A stretch of 44,950 nt of DNA, from positions 1 to 44,950 of the forward strand of contig JBDRVN010000008.1 in NCBI GenBank assembly GCA_039801885.1, read 5' to 3'. Below, in pieces: positions 17,913-27,859 of this stretch. Under the pieces are notes generated by a model, which searched no databases, was not told where the DNA came from, and worked only from the letters and a program-made list of their open reading frames with translations. This DNA comes from a candidate division WOR-3 bacterium (lineage in GTDB: Bacteria; Hydrothermota; Tepidihabitantia; Tepidihabitantales; DTDR01). Position 1 is the first letter of the stretch; every line of letters begins with the position of its first letter. The position numbers and the translations under genes are program-made.

Positions 17913-20822
17913 ATGAAGGGAATTATCGATCTCCTTCCTTATATTTTTTCAAAAGAAGTTTTAAATTTTCCAATTAAAATTAAAAAATATAATCTAACAA
18001 TAACTTCTCTTTTTATCTATTATTTATATCAAAATATCAAGAAAAAAATTTTATTTATTTCTGAAGATAATGAAGAAGCTAACACAATCTTCCAAAATCT
18101 CACCAATTTTTTATCTGAAGATCGTCTAATTATTTATCAGAATGATTTACTTACTCTTAAAAATTTAATGAAAAAAGAAGAAAAAAAAGAAAATTTTATC
18201 TTTCTTTTGCCCAAGAAATTTTTATCAGACCAAATTCCTAAAAACTTAAACGATTTTCTTTTAAAAATTTATAAAGAACAATATCTCTCTTACGAAGGTT
18301 TAAAAAATTGGCTTTTTGAGAACGGTTATCTTTTAACCGATTTGGTTTTGGAAGAGGGAGAATTTGCTTTTCGGGGAAGCATTATTGATGTTTTCCCTTG
18401 GGATTCTATCTCACCAATAAGAATTGAATTTGAAAATGATAAGATAATTTCTCTAAGATATTTCAATGAAATAACACAAAGATCGATAAACGAATTAAAA
18501 GAAGTTGAAATTACCGCAATTTTAAATAAAGCACAAAACCTTATTCCTTTAAAAAATTACTTAAAAGATTTTCTCATTATTAGTAATGAAATTATTGAAA
18601 ATTTAGAGATTCATTATTTATTAAGCAAAGAAGGGGACCTTGGGTTTCCAATAACTTTTGCCCCAAATTATTTAGGCGATTTTCCGTTATTAAAAAGAGA
18701 AATAGCAGCGAGTGACCATTTTTATTATTTAATTATGGAAAATTACTCTTCTTTCCTTTTCAAAAATTTTCCTAACGAAAGAACAAAGTACCTTTCTGGA
18801 TTTTTATCCGAAGGATTTGTTATCCCGAAATTAAAAATTACTATTTTAACCGAAAAAGAAATTTACGGCTTTACTAAAAGGAAATACAAAAGAAAAAAAT
18901 TTAAAGGATTACCGATTGATGATTTATTTGGTTTGGTAAAAGATGAATATGTTGTCCACCAAGATTACGGTGTAGGAATTTTTAAAGGAATTATTAAAAA
19001 AGATTTTGGTTTCGGTCTCAAAGAGTATTTAGTAATTGAATATCAAAATAACGATTTACTTTACTTACCGATAGAAAATTTTAATCTCTTAGAAAGATAT
19101 ATCGGTATCGGTGAAGAAAAACCAGTAATTGATAAATTAGGTTCACCAATTTGGCAAAAAACTAAGGAGAAAATTTTAAAAGAATGCGAAGAATTGGCTT
19201 CCGAAATTCTGGAAACTGCTGCGAAGAGAAAATTATTAAAAAGAGAACCTTATATTGAAAATGAAGAATGGGAGAGAGAAATAGAATTAACCTTTCCTTA
19301 TAAAGAAACTTTTGACCAATTAAAAACCCTTTCGGAAATAAAAAAGGATCTTCAAAAAAATTCACCAATGGAAAGGTTGGTGTGTGGTGATACTGGCTTT
19401 GGTAAAACAGAAATTGCTTTAAGAACTGCTCTTTCGGTAGTAAGCAATTTTAAACAGGTTGCTTTTTTATGCCCAACCACTTTATTAGCAGTTCAGCATT
19501 ATCAAACTTTTAAAGAGCGACTTAAAAATTTACCAATCCGAGTGGAGATGTTATCAAGGATAACCCCTTCCAATAAGGAAAAAGAGATAATAGCTAATTT
19601 AAAAAATGGCAAAATTGATATTATTATTGGCACCCAGAAAATTCTTCAAAAGGATATCCAATTTGCTAATTTAGGACTTCTGATTATTGATGACGAACAT
19701 AAATTTGGCGTGAAAGATAAAGAAAAATTAAAGAAATTAAAACCCGAAATCGATATCCTCTCTTTAACCGCCACACCGATACCTCGCACTCTTTATTTAG
19801 CCCTTTCAGGCTTAAAAAATATCTCAGTAATAAATACACCACCAATCGGAAGAAAAGATGTGATTACTAAGGTTATCAGTTGGGATAACGAGACAATAAA
19901 AGAAATAATTCTGAATGAATTGAAAAGAGAAGGTCAGGTATTTTTTGTCCATAATCAGATAAAAGACTTAGAGAAATATTATGAGAAATTGAAAAGTTTA
20001 TTGCCCGAAGTTAAATTTGGTATCGCTCACGGAAAACTTTCGGAAAGAAAGCTGGCGAAAATTTATTATGATTTTCTAAATAGAAAATACGATGTTTTAA
20101 TATCAACAATAATTTTAGAAAGCGGTATTGATATGCCCAATGTGAACACAATAATTGTCAATAATGCTGAAAGGTTTGGTTTAGCAGATTTACACCAATT
20201 AAGGGGAAGGGTTGGTAGAAGAGACCTTCAAGGTTATGCTTATTTTATTGTCAACAAATCAGAGAATCTTAATGAGACAGCCAAAAAAAGATTATCCACT
20301 TTATTAGCTTATGCCAATTTAGGTTCTGGTATGCGGATTGCTTTAAAGGATTTAGAAATAAGAGGTGCCGGTGAGTTATTAGGTAAAAAACAACACGGCA
20401 ATATCCAAAGAATCGGTCTAACCTTATATTCCCAACTTTTGAAAGAAACTATTCAAAAGTTGAAAAATGAAAAGATTAGGAAAGAGCCCCATCTAAAAAT
20501 TAATTTACCAGCTTATATACCAGAAGATTTTATTAATAACTCTTACCAAAGGATTGCTTTATATCAAAGACTTTTAAGATTAAATAGTGAAGAGGAGTTA
20601 AAAGAATTGATTTTGGAAATAAAAGACCGATACGGAAATTATCCGATAATAATGGAAAATTTATTTAAAATAGCCCACATAAGAATTCTTGCATTTAACA
20701 AAGGAATTACTAAAATTATTTATGAGAAAGGAATTTTTACTATTGAAAGATATAATAAGATTATCAAGAAAGAAGGTAATTTAGAAGATTTGATTAAAAA
20801 TTTAAAAGAAATTGATTTCTAA
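17913..20822 (+). CDS. mfd: Transcription-repair coupling factor (compact form)
   Basis: GEFAFRGSIIDVFP, VVHQDYGVG (RID), RLVCGDTGFGKTE, DDEHKFG, TATPIPRTL, HQLRGRVGR, DLEIRGAG, TRCF C-terminus. In-frame ATG 17913 preferred over GTG 17826, which runs through the peptide gene and hairpin. Confidence 0.93.
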   Translation: MKGIIDLLPYIFSKEVLNFPIKIKKYNLTITSLFIYYLYQNIKKKILFISEDNEEANTIFQNLTNFLSEDRLIIYQNDLLTLKNLMKKEEKKENFIFLLPKKFLSDQIPKNLNDFLLKIYKEQYLSYEGLKNWLFENGYLLTDLVLEEGEFAFRGSIIDVFPWDSISPIRIEFENDKIISLRYFNEITQRSINELKEVEITAILNKAQNLIPLKNYLKDFLIISNEIIENLEIHYLLSKEGDLGFPITFAPNYLGDFPLLKREIAASDHFYYLIMENYSSFLFKNFPNERTKYLSGFLSEGFVIPKLKITILTEKEIYGFTKRKYKRKKFKGLPIDDLFGLVKDEYVVHQDYGVGIFKGIIKKDFGFGLKEYLVIEYQNNDLLYLPIENFNLLERYIGIGEEKPVIDKLGSPIWQKTKEKILKECEELASEILETAAKRKLLKREPYIENEEWEREIELTFPYKETFDQLKTLSEIKKDLQKNSPMERLVCGDTGFGKTEIALRTALSVVSNFKQVAFLCPTTLLAVQHYQTFKERLKNLPIRVEMLSRITPSNKEKEIIANLKNGKIDIIIGTQKILQKDIQFANLGLLIIDDEHKFGVKDKEKLKKLKPEIDILSLTATPIPRTLYLALSGLKNISVINTPPIGRKDVITKVISWDNETIKEIILNELKREGQVFFVHNQIKDLEKYYEKLKSLLPEVKFGIAHGKLSERKLAKIYYDFLNRKYDVLISTIILESGIDMPNVNTIIVNNAERFGLADLHQLRGRVGRRDLQGYAYFIVNKSENLNETAKKRLSTLLAYANLGSGMRIALKDLEIRGAGELLGKKQHGNIQRIGLTLYSQLLKETIQKLKNEKIRKEPHLKINLPAYIPEDFINNSYQRIALYQRLLRLNSEEELKELILEIKDRYGNYPIIMENLFKIAHIRILAFNKGITKIIYEKGIFTIERYNKIIKKEGNLEDLIKNLKEIDF

Positions 20823-20857
20823 AACCGCTTTAGTAAATAAATGGAAAGGGAGGCAGT

Positions 20858-21736
20858 ATGCCGAAGAGAAAAATAACTGATGAGAAAAAACTTTTCTTAG
20901 AGGAATTAAAAAAAGATGGAGTAGAGGTTTTGGCAACTTATAATGAACCTTATAATAACTATTGGCAAATTTTTGCCCTTATCCCTGTTGAGAAATGCGA
21001 ACCAACCCCTTTTCAAAGAGAAGTCTCCCAAGCCCATCTTTCCCATTTAAAAAATTCTATTGATAAAATTGGCCGCTATTTAGACCCAATTATTATTGTG
21101 CGAACAAAAAATGGTAAATATTATACTCCCAATGGCTCTCATCGCTTATCAGCAATGAAAGAACTTGGTAAAGAAAAGATTGCCGCAATTATTATCCCTG
21201 ATGAAAGGGCAATGCATAAAATTTTAGCAATGAATATTGAAAAGGTTCATAATATTAGAGAAAAATCCTTAGAAGTAATTAAAATGTATCAACATTTTTT
21301 AGAAATCGAAGTAGAAAAATCAGAAGTTGATTATGCCTTTGAATTTGAAGAACCTTTTTATATCACCTTGGGATTGATTTACCAAGAGAAGGAAAGATTT
21401 TCCGGTGCTTCTTATCTTCCTTTATTAAGAAGGATTGAACAATTTTTAGATAAACCCTTAAAAGATGCTTACGAAGAAAGAAAAAGAAGGGCAAAAAGAA
21501 TTAAGGAAGAATTGGAGCCACTTATTCAAAATGTGATTAATCAATTTCATAAAAGAGGGATAAAAATTCCCTTTCTAAAATCAATTATTATTTCCCAAAA
21601 TAATCCTTATAAAAGAAAGAAAAAAGAGATTTTTGATTTTGATGAAGGAATTAATCAATTTATCAAAAATCTTTCTCAATACGATGTTTCCAAAATAAAA
21701 GAAGAAGAACTCTTAGAGGAGATGCCGGAAGAATAA
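20858..21736 (+). CDS. ParB/Srx N-terminal-domain protein (orphan)
   Basis: PTPFQR..., SIDKIG.LDPIIIV, NGSHRLSA (GxxRxxA); SD GGGAGG. Confidence 0.8.
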   Translation: MPKRKITDEKKLFLEELKKDGVEVLATYNEPYNNYWQIFALIPVEKCEPTPFQREVSQAHLSHLKNSIDKIGRYLDPIIIVRTKNGKYYTPNGSHRLSAMKELGKEKIAAIIIPDERAMHKILAMNIEKVHNIREKSLEVIKMYQHFLEIEVEKSEVDYAFEFEEPFYITLGLIYQEKERFSGASYLPLLRRIEQFLDKPLKDAYEERKRRAKRIKEELEPLIQNVINQFHKRGIKIPFLKSIIISQNNPYKRKKKEIFDFDEGINQFIKNLSQYDVSKIKEEELLEEMPEE

Positions 21737-21742
21737 CTATTA

Positions 21743-22837
21743 ATGGAAATCTTAGAAAAGGAATTAAAAGGAAAGATAATTCATGATTTCCCCTATCCTT
21801 TAAGAAATCGTAAATGTCCTCATACTTCTTTAATCTCTTTAACCAATCCCGGTGGTTGTCTTTATTCTTGCCCTATATGTTATGCACGAGCCTATTCCTG
21901 GTCGATATCTGATAAAATTATTATCTATCAAAATTTGGTTGAAAAATTATCTTCCGAAATAGAGAAATTAAATATTGCCTTTCCTTTTTATTTAAGCCAA
22001 ATAACCGACCCTTTACAACCAATCAAAAAAATAAGAGAGTTAACTTTTCAAATTGTCAAACTTTTAATGAGTAAAAAATTAAGTTTCAAAATTGTCACAA
22101 AATCAGCGGAGGGAACAAAAGAATTAATAGATACCAATAATGGACTATTGAATTATCCCTATTGGTTTTTAGAAATGACCGTTGAATCAACACCTAAAAA
22201 ACAGATTATCACCAGTCCTAATGCTTCGCCAATAAAAGAAAGGATTAAAATAATTAAATATTTAACTGAAAGAAATATTGAAGTTATTGGCCGAACCGAT
22301 CCAACAATTTTGGGATTTATTGATTGGGAAGATTTAGAATGGCTTATAGCCAATTTGAAAGAAGCCGGAGTAAGGCATATTATCGCTTCTTCTGGTTATT
22401 ATAATAAAGTATCAATGGAAAACTTGCTTAACCGAATGAAAAATTCAATATTTAGAGAACGAATTAAAAAGGTAATCAATTTTTATCAATACCATCTAAA
22501 TTCAAAAAAGAAAAGATTTTTTGCTCCTTTATCAATAAGAATAGAATTTCATAAGAAATTTAAAAAACTCTGTGAAGAAAATAACTTAACTTATGCGGTC
22601 TGCCAGGAATTACCTAAGGAATTTGATTCCAAGAATTTGCCTTCTTGTGAAGGCTCTAAAAGAAATTTTGTTCATATAAAAATTAATAAAGAATTTATAC
22701 CTATTAACTGCTGTGGGGACTGTTTGCGTTCTTGTCCAGATTTAAAAAACCCGCCTTGTAAAATGCCTATTTTTCAAAGAGAATATCCTTATAAAGAAAG
22801 AAGGTTATATCAAAAATTTTATCCTTCTTTAATTTAA
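21743..22837 (+). CDS. Radical SAM protein, spore photoproduct lyase-like, with Cys-rich C-terminus
   Basis: GCLYSCPICYAR (CxxxCxxC), TDPLQP, IVTKS, ASP.ER, R.DP; CCGDCLRSC...C tail. Confidence 0.8.
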   Translation: MEILEKELKGKIIHDFPYPLRNRKCPHTSLISLTNPGGCLYSCPICYARAYSWSISDKIIIYQNLVEKLSSEIEKLNIAFPFYLSQITDPLQPIKKIRELTFQIVKLLMSKKLSFKIVTKSAEGTKELIDTNNGLLNYPYWFLEMTVESTPKKQIITSPNASPIKERIKIIKYLTERNIEVIGRTDPTILGFIDWEDLEWLIANLKEAGVRHIIASSGYYNKVSMENLLNRMKNSIFRERIKKVINFYQYHLNSKKKRFFAPLSIRIEFHKKFKKLCEENNLTYAVCQELPKEFDSKNLPSCEGSKRNFVHIKINKEFIPINCCGDCLRSCPDLKNPPCKMPIFQREYPYKERRLYQKFYPSLI

Positions 22838-23676
22838 ATTATTATACTTTTATGTCTAATAGCGTGACAATTGATATTAACCGCCACTGGTAGAGAAGCA
22901 ATATGACAAGGAAAGGCTTCAATAAAAACTGCTAAACAAGTTATCCTGCCACCAAAACCTTGAGGACCAATTCCCAAATTATTTATTCTTTCTAATAAAT
23001 CCTTTTCCATCTCGGCATAAAAGGGGTCAGGATGAATAGAACCAATCTCTCTTAATAATGCCTTTTTTGCTAAAAAGGCAGCATATTCAAAGGTTCCACC
23101 AATACCAACACCAACCACAATCGGCGGGCAAGGATTGGCTCCGCTCTCTTTTACCCTTTTTATTACATAATCTTTTACACCTTCAACTCCGGCTGCCGGT
23201 GTTAACATCTTTACTTCACTCATATTTTCACTACCACCGCCTTTCGGCATCACCGTAATCTTTATCTTATCACCCTTTCCGATTGAACAATGGATAATTG
23301 CTGGTGTATTATCATTAGTATTTTTCCTTCTAAAAGGATCGCTAACAACCGATTTTCTTAAATAACCTTCAATATAACCCTTTCTTACTCCTTCGTTAAC
23401 TGCCTCATAAATATTTCCGCCAATAATTTTCACTTCTTCGCCGATTTCCAAAAAGACAACCGCCAGACCAGTATCTTGACAGATTGGCACCATCTCATTT
23501 TTGGCAATCTCGGCGTTTTCCAAAATCTGTCTTAATACCTCTTTTCCTAAAGGCGATTCTTCTTTTTCTATTGCTTCTTTTACTTTGTTTTTTACATCTT
23601 CTCCTAATAAACAATTTGCCTCAATACATAATTGGGCAACTTTTTTAGTAATTTCATTTACTGGGATTTCTCGCAT
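22834..23676 (-). CDS. Class I fumarate hydratase / tartrate dehydratase alpha subunit
   Basis: PICQDTG, YLRKS, NTNDNTPA, PKGGGSEN, NPCPP, CHIASLPVAVNINCHA.RH. Confidence 0.93.
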   Translation of the reverse strand: MREIPVNEITKKVAQLCIEANCLLGEDVKNKVKEAIEKEESPLGKEVLRQILENAEIAKNEMVPICQDTGLAVVFLEIGEEVKIIGGNIYEAVNEGVRKGYIEGYLRKSVVSDPFRRKNTNDNTPAIIHCSIGKGDKIKITVMPKGGGSENMSEVKMLTPAAGVEGVKDYVIKRVKESGANPCPPIVVGVGIGGTFEYAAFLAKKALLREIGSIHPDPFYAEMEKDLLERINNLGIGPQGFGGRITCLAVFIEAFPCHIASLPVAVNINCHAIRHKSIII

Positions 23677-23688
23677 TTTAGCTCCTTT

Positions 23689-24348
23689 TTAAATTAAAGC
23701 TGGTTTTAAAACCAAAATTTCCCTTTCCTTTGGTAAGTTTTCTTTACTGATTTCTATTTCGGAAATATCTAATATTTTCACATTCTTCTTTTCTACTAAA
23801 AAATCTTCTACTTGGGCAATTGGAAAATCTAATACTGGTGTTTTAAAATGCATCGGGATAGTAATTTTGGGTTTTAAAAATTCAGCAATCTCACTTGCTT
23901 CCTCCGCATCAATTGTGAAATAGCCGCCAACTGGAATAAAAAGAATATCAATATCACCAATTTTCTTTTTCTCTTCTTCTTTAAGTTGATGTCCAAGGTC
24001 ACCAAGATGTAAAAGTCTTAAACCATCGGCAATTATTAAAAATATTATATTCTTACCTCTTTCCTTTCCTTTGTTTAAATCGTGATAGGTTTCAATGCCA
24101 ATAAATTTAACACCGGAAATCTCTTTCTCAACTGCACCTTTTATAATCTCCGGTTTGCCTTTTATCTCTTTATAATAATTATGATCATCGTGCTCGTGAC
24201 TTATAGTAACAATGTGTGCCTCTTCTCTTATTGGTTTATAACCAACTGCACCTCCAAAGGCACCGGCTTTATAAGGGTCGGTAATAATTTTCACATTATC
24301 TTTCGTTGTAATTAAAAAAGAAGCATGACCTAAAAATTTGATCTTCAT
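23689..24348 (-). CDS. MBL-fold metallo-hydrolase (Lactamase_B_3-like)
   Basis: GHASF, SHEHDDHN, HLGDLGH, IPVGG.FT, PMHF. Confidence 0.9.
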   Translation of the reverse strand: MKIKFLGHASFLITTKDNVKIITDPYKAGAFGGAVGYKPIREEAHIVTISHEHDDHNYYKEIKGKPEIIKGAVEKEISGVKFIGIETYHDLNKGKERGKNIIFLIIADGLRLLHLGDLGHQLKEEEKKKIGDIDILFIPVGGYFTIDAEEASEIAEFLKPKITIPMHFKTPVLDFPIAQVEDFLVEKKNVKILDISEIEISKENLPKEREILVLKPALI

Positions 24349-24366
24349 AATTTCTCTCCCTTTGGA

Positions 24367-24624
24367 TTATTGTAACGGAATTACCGAAATCCTCTTCTTA
24401 TTTTTATTTACCCATTCAAACCTTACCACTCCATCTTTCAATGCAAAAAGGGTATCATCTGAGGCAATGCCAACATTTTTACCCGGCAAAAATCTCGTTC
24501 CTCTTTGACGGACAAGAATATTTCCGGCTCTAACAAATTGACCACCAAATGCCTTTATTCCCAATCTCTGACCTGGTGAATCTCTGCCATTTCTTGATGA
24601 ACCTTGCCCTTTCTTATGTGCCAT
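24367..24624 (-). CDS. rpmA: 50S ribosomal protein bL27
   Basis: [29 protein letters not shown]. Confidence 0.99.
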   Translation of the reverse strand: MAHKKGQGSSRNGRDSPGQRLGIKAFGGQFVRAGNILVRQRGTRFLPGKNVGIASDDTLFALKDGVVRFEWVNKNKKRISVIPLQ

Positions 24625-24647
24625 AAAACCTCCTTTTTACTTTATAA

Positions 24648-24675
24648 ATTATAATATTAAATTTCAAAAAATCAA
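24648..24675 (-). promoter_or_regulatory. sigma70 promoter TTGATT-16-TATAAT for rpmA
   Basis: Reverse complement of 24670-24675 and 24648-24653. Confidence 0.6.
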
Positions 24676-25526
24676 ATAATCTCTTCTTTGCCGGAATAGT
24701 AATAAAATACCGAATCACCAACTTCTACTCCTAAACTTTTGGCAACAACTGGACATTTCGCCTTTAAAATAAAGAAAACATCTCTTTCTTTATCAACTAA
24801 GGATTCATAATTAGCATGTCCTTTGGCGATAATAATATCTGCTTCTTTATAATTCTTTAAAAATTCCTCACTTAATTCGTTAAAATTAACTCCTAAGAAA
24901 CCTGAACCAGTATCAATAATTTTACCTAATCTATCAAGTTCTGCCTCTTTGGCATCTTTTATCGTAGCATCATTTAAAATTGGCTCTTTTTTAACAACTA
25001 TAACTAAATTTAAAAAAGAGAGCTCTTCTAAAAGAAGTTTATCAAAATAGATCTCACCGGCATTATCTAAGACATATAAAACCTTATTAGCACCTTTCAA
25101 TTTCTCTTTAAAAATTTTATAGTCATCTCTTTTGAAAGAGAGATTTTTAATATGTTTTTCTAAATCGAAATTATCCTGTGGTCCGATATCAATTATATTT
25201 CCACAGGCAGCATACTTAATTGCTCCATAAATCCTATCCTTCTCTTTTTCAATCAATATCTTTGCCTCGCTTGCCTTCTTTTTACCAATTTTATTCATCT
25301 CTTTTTTCAACTCAAAAAAAGGGTCAGAATTTTTTAGATAATTATAGACTTCTCTAATAATATAAGAGGTAAAAATACTTGGCGGATCTTCTAATGACAA
25401 ACTTCCTGCCATATCCATTGCCAATTTTGTAATATTAATAAAATCTTCTTCCTTTCCCTTAGAAAACAATACTATTCTTTGTGCTTGTCTAATTACACAA
25501 GGAATACAATTTGCTTCACTTTTCAT
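24672..25526 (-). CDS. ARMT1-like / DUF89 damage-control phosphatase
   Basis: CIPC N-terminus, DPF..K, GNIID, LDNAGE..FD, NDAT, KGHANYESL, KAKC; start at MKSEANC (25526), immediately after the upstream stop. Confidence 0.88.
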   Translation of the reverse strand: MKSEANCIPCVIRQAQRIVLFSKGKEEDFINITKLAMDMAGSLSLEDPPSIFTSYIIREVYNYLKNSDPFFELKKEMNKIGKKKASEAKILIEKEKDRIYGAIKYAACGNIIDIGPQDNFDLEKHIKNLSFKRDDYKIFKEKLKGANKVLYVLDNAGEIYFDKLLLEELSFLNLVIVVKKEPILNDATIKDAKEAELDRLGKIIDTGSGFLGVNFNELSEEFLKNYKEADIIIAKGHANYESLVDKERDVFFILKAKCPVVAKSLGVEVGDSVFYYYSGKEEII

Positions 25527-25527
25527 A

Positions 25528-26742
25528 TTAAGTCTTTTTTGGTTTTTTTTCTGCTGCTGGAAATAGCACATTATTTAGAATCAGCCGATAACCAGGTGAA
25601 TTTTTATGTAGTGCTAAATTTGTTGGTGGGTCGCCAATCCGATGGGCATAATCTTCTGGGTCATGACCACCTAAACAGGTAATTGTTCCTTTACCATAAT
25701 TCTTATGAATATACTTTACCTCTTCCGTATTTTTTATCTCTCCCAAAATCAAAACATCCTTTTTTAATCTCTCCCTTCTAAAACCGACATTTTGACCAAG
25801 AAATTCTTTAATTAAAGAGACATGATTTTGGACAAGCATACAAGGAACCGGGTCATATTTTGCTGAAAAATCAAAGAGAGAAAAGTAAACCTCCTCTCCC
25901 CGACCGATTGCTTCTAAATAAGTATCAATATCTGAATGTTCGTATAAATAAGGATCAGTATATAACATAAAATTTTCAAAAAGAAGGCAGTTATCATAAT
26001 TTAATTTTCCTTGGTAATTTGGGTCAACACCATCATAATCAAATTCCTTTGGAACAATATCGGTTGCTTCGGCTGCCAAGGCAATATCCGGTGTATCAGC
26101 CGATGAACACATAGCAAAAACCATTCCACCATCATAAATATACTTCTTAATCTCTTTTACTACTGCCAATTTTAATTGTGATACCTTTTTAAATCCTAAT
26201 TTCTTTGCCATCATCTCATTTATTCTCACTTCTTCTTTATACCACTGAGCATCTTTATAAGAACTATAAAACTTACCATATTGACCAGTAAAATCCTCGT
26301 GATGAAGATGGAGCCAATCGTATTTATAAAGTTCTCCTTTCAAAACCTCTTCATCCCATAAAGTTTTATAAGGAATCTCGGCATATTCTAATGCCAATCT
26401 TACCGCATCATCCCAGGGTTCCTTATTTTCTGGCACATAGACACAAATCTTTGGTGCCTTCTCTAATAAAATAGAAGCCATATTATTCTCTTCAATTATC
26501 TTTCTTATCTCACTTTCTTTATTTACATCAACATATTCAAAACTTACTCCCTTCAATTTACATTCTTTGATAACATAGTCATTATCAGGAAATAGAAAAG
26601 AACCTCCCCGATAATTCAAAAGCCATTCAACTTTTATCCCTTTTTCTAAAGACCGATAGGCAATTCCATAAGCCTTTAAATGGTCAGATTGGCTTAAATC
26701 CATTGGAATTAATATTTTTGTAAATATAAAAAATAATATCAT
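25528..26742 (-). CDS. Conserved secreted GATase-like protein (family often labelled 'asparagine synthetase B' in FCB bacteria)
   Basis: ILIPMD..Q.DHLKAYG, WLLNYRGGSF, PWDDAV, DWLHLHHEDFTGQYGKF, FAMCS, GGHDPEDY, SPGYRLILNNVLFP. Confidence 0.75.
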   Translation of the reverse strand: MILFFIFTKILIPMDLSQSDHLKAYGIAYRSLEKGIKVEWLLNYRGGSFLFPDNDYVIKECKLKGVSFEYVDVNKESEIRKIIEENNMASILLEKAPKICVYVPENKEPWDDAVRLALEYAEIPYKTLWDEEVLKGELYKYDWLHLHHEDFTGQYGKFYSSYKDAQWYKEEVRINEMMAKKLGFKKVSQLKLAVVKEIKKYIYDGGMVFAMCSSADTPDIALAAEATDIVPKEFDYDGVDPNYQGKLNYDNCLLFENFMLYTDPYLYEHSDIDTYLEAIGRGEEVYFSLFDFSAKYDPVPCMLVQNHVSLIKEFLGQNVGFRRERLKKDVLILGEIKNTEEVKYIHKNYGKGTITCLGGHDPEDYAHRIGDPPTNLALHKNSPGYRLILNNVLFPAAEKKPKKT

Positions 26743-27681
26743 TTATTTAAAAATCCTTGTTCCCACTTTTCCTTTTAATGCCTTGCCAATATTTTCTGGT
26801 GATGTAATAATCACCTCTTCTCCACCATTCTTTAAAAAATTGATTGCTGCCTCAATCTTTGGTCCCATACTTCCTTTTGGAAAATGACCTTCCTTATAAT
26901 ACTTTATAATTTCAGAAAGAGTAACCTTTCTTAATGGTTTTCTATCTTTCTTACCATAATTTAAATAGACATAAGGAACCGCTGTTGAGATAATAAATAA
27001 AGAGGCATTTAACTCCTTGGCAAGTAATGAACCTGTTAAATCCTTATCAATCACACAGGCAATCCCAAAATAATCACCATTCTTCTCAATCACACCAATT
27101 CCACCTCCGCCACCAGCAATCACAATCTTACCTTCCTCTAACAATTTTCTAATTGCAGAAATCTCTATAATCCTTTTTGGTTTTGGCGAAGGAACGACCC
27201 TTCTAAATCCTCGATAGGCATCTTCGACAAAAAACCAACCATATTTTCTTTTTAATACTTCCATCTCTTCCCTTGTATAAAATGGTCCAACAGGTTTTGA
27301 CGGCTTTTTAAAATCCTCATCTTTCTCATCAACCAGTACCCTGGTAATTATTGTGGCAACTTCTTTATCAATCTTATTTCTCTTTAATACATTAGTCATT
27401 GCCAAACTTATCATATAACCAATCTGACCTTGCGTCATCGCATTTCCACAATCTAACGGTTCTTCTGGTAAGAAATTTCTTGATAAATGATTCTTCAAAA
27501 GTAAATAACCAACTTGCGGTCCATTGCCATGGGTAATCAAAAGTTCATAACCCCTTTCTATAACTGAAACTAAATTCTCACAAGTCTCATAAACCGTATT
27601 TAACTGGTCATCAAAAGAAATCCCACCACCCTCCTTGATTAAAGAATTACCACCTATCGCACAAACACATATTCTTTTCAT
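26743..27681 (-). CDS. arcC: Carbamate kinase
   Basis: AIGGNSL, THGNGPQVG, KPVGPFY, RRVVPSP, GGGGI, VIDKD, GSMGPKIEAA. Confidence 0.96.
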   Translation of the reverse strand: MKRICVCAIGGNSLIKEGGGISFDDQLNTVYETCENLVSVIERGYELLITHGNGPQVGYLLLKNHLSRNFLPEEPLDCGNAMTQGQIGYMISLAMTNVLKRNKIDKEVATIITRVLVDEKDEDFKKPSKPVGPFYTREEMEVLKRKYGWFFVEDAYRGFRRVVPSPKPKRIIEISAIRKLLEEGKIVIAGGGGGIGVIEKNGDYFGIACVIDKDLTGSLLAKELNASLFIISTAVPYVYLNYGKKDRKPLRKVTLSEIIKYYKEGHFPKGSMGPKIEAAINFLKNGGEEVIITSPENIGKALKGKVGTRIFK

Positions 27682-27686
27682 TATTA

Positions 27687-27715
27687 ATTTTACTTAACTA
27701 TTAATAAAAATTCAA
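27687..27715 (-). promoter_or_regulatory. sigma70 promoter TTGAAT-17-TAAAAT, leaderless arcC
   Basis: ATG 5 nt after the -10; no SD. Confidence 0.65.
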
Positions 27716-27786
27716 TACTTTTTAAAAATATTCTTACAAATTATTTTAAAGATTATCAATAAAGGTATATCCAAGGTAGTATAGTA

Positions 27787-27857
27787 GATAGCCCCCTATC
27801 CGAAAGGGTAAATATATTTAAGTTATGTAATTCCAATAACTTATACAAAATTTTTGT
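27787..27857. repeat. Cluster of short palindromes at the edge of the accessory patch
   Basis: GATAG-cccc-CTATC 27787-27800; TAAGTTAT-9-ATAACTTA 27819-27843; ACAAAA-t-TTTTGT 27845-27857. Confidence 0.55.
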
Positions 27858-27859
27858 GA

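Noticed and set aside
25527-25571. Longer start for the DUF89 gene
   Set aside because: Overlaps the upstream gene; the family begins at MK...CxxC.
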